This document shows positions 60,196 through 64,000 of a stretch of 64,000 nt of DNA, piece by piece. Every line of letters begins with the position of its first letter. Positions within the stretch are counted from its first letter, which is position 1. The position numbers and the translations under genes are program-made. The DNA comes from Lytechinus pictus. Its lineage: Eukaryota. Location of the stretch: contig NC_087250.1 of assembly GCF_037042905.1 (NCBI RefSeq), positions 17,672,001 through 17,736,000 on the forward strand, read 5' to 3'. The notes beneath the pieces are model-generated. The model searched no databases, was not told where the DNA came from, and saw nothing but the letters and a program-made list of their open reading frames with translations.

Positions 60196-62901
60196 TCTCG
60201 AAGCGGAAAAACAGAAGTGAGTGAAAATTGATTCTATTTTCGAGATTTAAAACAGAAAAACGGTACATTTTTTCCGTATTACCGTTTTTACATATTTTGA
60301 TTTTTAGTTTTTCCTTTGAAAAAACACAAATTTAATTTTTATTTTCGTTTCATTTTTCTGTTTCGCGATCACGACACAGGACATTGAATCGAAACTCTTG
60401 TTTCCGTTTTCAGTTTTGCCTTCGCGAAACAGACAATTGAGCGCTCCTTCTCCTTTCCTTTTTCCGTTTCGAAATCAGAAACACGAATTATCTGATCGTA
60501 GGTCATCGTACCGCCGTCAAGGTACGATTAGATAACTCCTTTTCATTTGGCCAGAAGGAATATTGAAGACCGAAGCGTTTGCGAAAGGGGCGGAGTCAGA
60601 ACTAAACAAAATCAAGGAATGTAACTTTTTTTTGTTCACGTCCTCTTTAAAAATAGGAACAAAATATGAATATTAAAAGTTGCAACGTTTAGCCTAATTG
60701 TTGTTTAATTGTAATTTTCGGATTACCCAGAATTACCTGGATCTTTTTCATTACCCGAAAATTATCTGAAAATAATGTGAATTATCCAGAAATCTGGTAA
60801 TTCCGTATCGTCAAAGTGGAAACTCATTCTAACTGTAGAGTAACTTTGGCCATGGACGCTAAAGAATTCTGGCTTCTAAGAACAAAGTTCGGTCATCGAC
60901 CTAGCAATCACTTATGAATTCAGACAGACCTTTAACAAAAATTCATAAATATATTTTAATTTATTTACTGTAGTTTGAACAAAATGCATGTAAAAACAAT
61001 ATCTTTACAGTAAATATCTATATTTGACAGTAAATTTTCATATTTACAGTAAATTTTTATACATACAAGAAGTATCTGTATCTATAGTAAATATTATATT
61101 TAATTGCAATTTGCTTTAAATTTAAAGAGATATAAATACTGAAAATGAGACAGCGTTTAAGAGAAAAGAGGATCTTCAAAATATAACATAATTTCATAAC
61201 GAGACTATCGTAAGGGTTCAATCATGATCGATAGTGTTTGCTCGCGATCGTTCTCTCTCAATTTGTCTCAGATATAAATACATTAAAATAACCTGAAAAC
61301 ATATAATTATAAGTTATTGTGTAATGCTTCACATATAACATGACATGACATTATATTTTATCCTAACCATACACTAAAACTATACATGTTGCCATTACAT
61401 ACCTTATCTTATTTTTGCCAGTTGATACTATATACGAAGTATAATCGAATAAGGGATATAGATCCTAGAAAAGAAATGCAGAAAAAAATAAGAGGAAATT
61501 CACCCTAATGAAAAGTGGTTTTAAAAAGTAAAATATAAAAATATTGCTGAAGGTATGATCAATATCTGTCAAAGAACAAAAGAAAATAGATTTTTGTTCT
61601 GTGACGTTGCCGACGAGCATTCCACTTTATATTACGTGATAATTCCCCAAAATTCAAATTTTCTCGATAAATTGACAGCAAGTTTGTTTGTGCTGGGGAT
61701 ATATCATCAGACACATCATTTCAAACCTCCTTCCCACAATTTGTTTTTATACATCATGTTCCTTAACCCCCCCCCCTGAATTTATATATATGAGAGAGCT
61801 ATTCGCAATTATGGATCTTCTTCCATATAGTTGATTACAATAACTAAAGTATTCAAAAATCGGAGAAGAGAGGAAAGGGAAATACCATTGTAATCGATTA
61901 AGACTGATTGCAATTCAAATATATTTTTTTTCATTTCTTCAAAAGAAAATTACACAAACAATTGCATCAAAAACTGCATTTTAATTCTCTAATTTAAATA
62001 ATTAAAAAAAAAAATATATTCATAACATATATAAAATAAACTAATTTTTTTCAAAGATAATGCTGATTCTAACCGCAGAATTAATAATTTATTAAGATAT
62101 ATATATTTTTACATCTCTGGAACTTGCAATGACGTCAAATGAATAAAACACTTTCTTTGGAAAGCTAGGATACATCGGTATCTGTAGCTTAATATCAGCT
62201 CAAAATTAAGATGTGACAGGAGTACATTGTCGATTCGTTCACTCATCATGTAGGTCTAGCTTCATTTAGACTAAAGCTATTCCGTCCATCAACATATCGT
62301 CTAAGAACCATTTCGTCCAATAATCACTTCTTCTATTCACCAGTTGAGTTCGTCTATGACCATTTCGTTTAATAACCAGTTGGTCTAATACCCATTCTAA
62401 TACTCCAGCTTTTTTACTTTTTCTGACTGACAGTTCTTTCAAGGACTACACTCATTTTAACCTCCACCTTTTGGCCTCCCCATTTCCCTTTTACTGTTGC
62501 ATAAAAGTTACTATTATGGTAACTTTGCCATCCGATGGAAACTACCATGGTAACGCTGATCAACCCCCAGTCAAAATCAAGAAATTCAGGGAAGATACCA
62601 TAAGATGGTGCCCAAAGATACCATAATGGTAACTTCTATAGATTTAGATTTAGATTCATTTATTTCCGTTCAAAAAATGATATAATCTGATTAACAGTTT
62701 AAAATACATGTTCAAATAATACATACTCAAAATAAAACATACAGTTCTATGATATTTCATAACAAATATTGAAAATAAATTATCTGAACGGAGGGACTTG
62801 CCAAGAAAAGCAGAGCTTGTAAAAAAGGCAAGTCTCTAAACTTAGTTCCAATAGTAGTTAACATAATCTATATACAAGAGATGGACGGAAAACGAACTTA
62901 A

Positions 62902-63596
62902 AGGGGAATGAAACCTTTGGAACAAGTAGGCTTGTGTCGAAACAGAAAAATCAAAGAATAAGAACAAAGAAAGTTTGAGAAAAATCGGAAAAAATAATGA
63001 GAAAGTTATGAGCATTTGAATATTGCAATCACTAATGCTATAGAGATTCTCCCATTGGCAATGCGACAAGGATGTGTGATGTCCACTGAACTAGAGATTT
63101 CGCCGGCGCTGTTTTGCTTGGGTGAACACGACTTCCACGTATTTTTAGTTCAGTGGTGATGTCACATGTGAACAAATTTCCCTTTGATGGACTATAAAAT
63201 ACCTTCAAAATGTATCTTTTTGCTTTTTTTTTATGGTGATACAAACTCTTTATCCATGATGTATTAAAAAAAATATGTATTACATGCCCTCCTATAGAAA
63301 GAACACATGATCTACTGATAGATGTGATGAAAGAGGCAATTTAAGTGAAATATATACTAAAGTAATGGGGAGAGTTGTTCACAAGTGACCACTGATCTCT
63401 CCCTTCAGTGCAAGTGACATCACACATCTTTGTCGCATTGCCAATTTGAGGATCTCCATGGCATTAGTGATCGCAATATTCAAATGCTCATAACTTTCTC
63501 ATTATTTGTCCGATTTTTCTCAAACTTTCGTTGTTCTGTTTCTTTGATTTTTATGTTTTCACACAAGCTATCTTGTTCCAAAGGTTTCATTCTCCT
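62902..63596. mobile_element. Kolobok-like non-autonomous element
   Basis: TTAA|AGGGGAATGAAACC...GGTTTCATTCTCCT|TTAA with long TIRs homologous to 6090-6673. Confidence 0.85.
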
Positions 63597-63721
63597 TTAA
63601 ATACATAATCCACAAAATGCCAAAATAGAGCGAGTAAGCGACAACAAAAAAATGGAAAGTAATTTAGGTAATATGTTTTCTTGCCGACAAAATAGCATGA
63701 TGTCGACATGGCGAGATACAA

Positions 63722-63878
63722 GGAGGAGAGGATGTGCACACAATTATTGTGTGGTAATGACTGGTTGAATTCGATGACCGGGGTAATAATAATATCTGTA
63801 AAGCGCTTAGACACGTCGTTCCGATGTATTAAGCGCTATATAAAAGCGGATTATTATAATAATTAGTATTATTATTAT
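63722..63878 (+). mobile_element. 5'-truncated SINE (same family as 9695-9852)
   Basis: Shared body and tail; sits between fragments resembling the 53727 element family. Confidence 0.8.
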
Positions 63879-64000
63879 GTCGACTTGTCTAAATAACATA
63901 TTCGCCTTGACGTCAAACAGCGTTTGCGGAGTGTTTGTAAGTCGACTTGGCCGAAATAGACCGAAATATCCTCTCCCCTTCACAGACCGAATAATCCAAT

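Overview
AT-rich, repeat-dense animal genomic DNA. The repeat families and gene content suggest an echinoderm, probably a sea urchin (inference). The main gene is a complete 3-exon secreted frizzled-related protein of the sFRP1/2/5 type on the + strand: CDS 11599-12151, 38667-38759 and 40911-41524, giving 419 aa with a 26.5-kb first intron. Its Frizzled CRD has 11 Cys instead of 10, its NTR domain has 5 instead of 6, and it carries a 98-aa acidic-then-basic tail. The window begins with the last coding exon (605-740) of a probable beta-microseminoprotein/PSP94-family gene. Downstream of sFRP lies a 12.9-kb non-coding transposon island. It contains a near-perfect 3.9-kb palindrome (46431-50347), followed 43 bp later by a foldback element of about 730 bp that has grown to 8.9 kb through four nested insertions, three of them with readable target-site duplications (TSDs). 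The rest is MITEs (hAT-, PIF/Harbinger-, CMC/EnSpm-, Kolobok-, MULE- and P-like), tRNA-derived SINEs, L2 LINE 3' fragments and simple repeats. I found no transposase ORF, true tRNA/rRNA gene or CRISPR array. All calls were made by eye without database searches.
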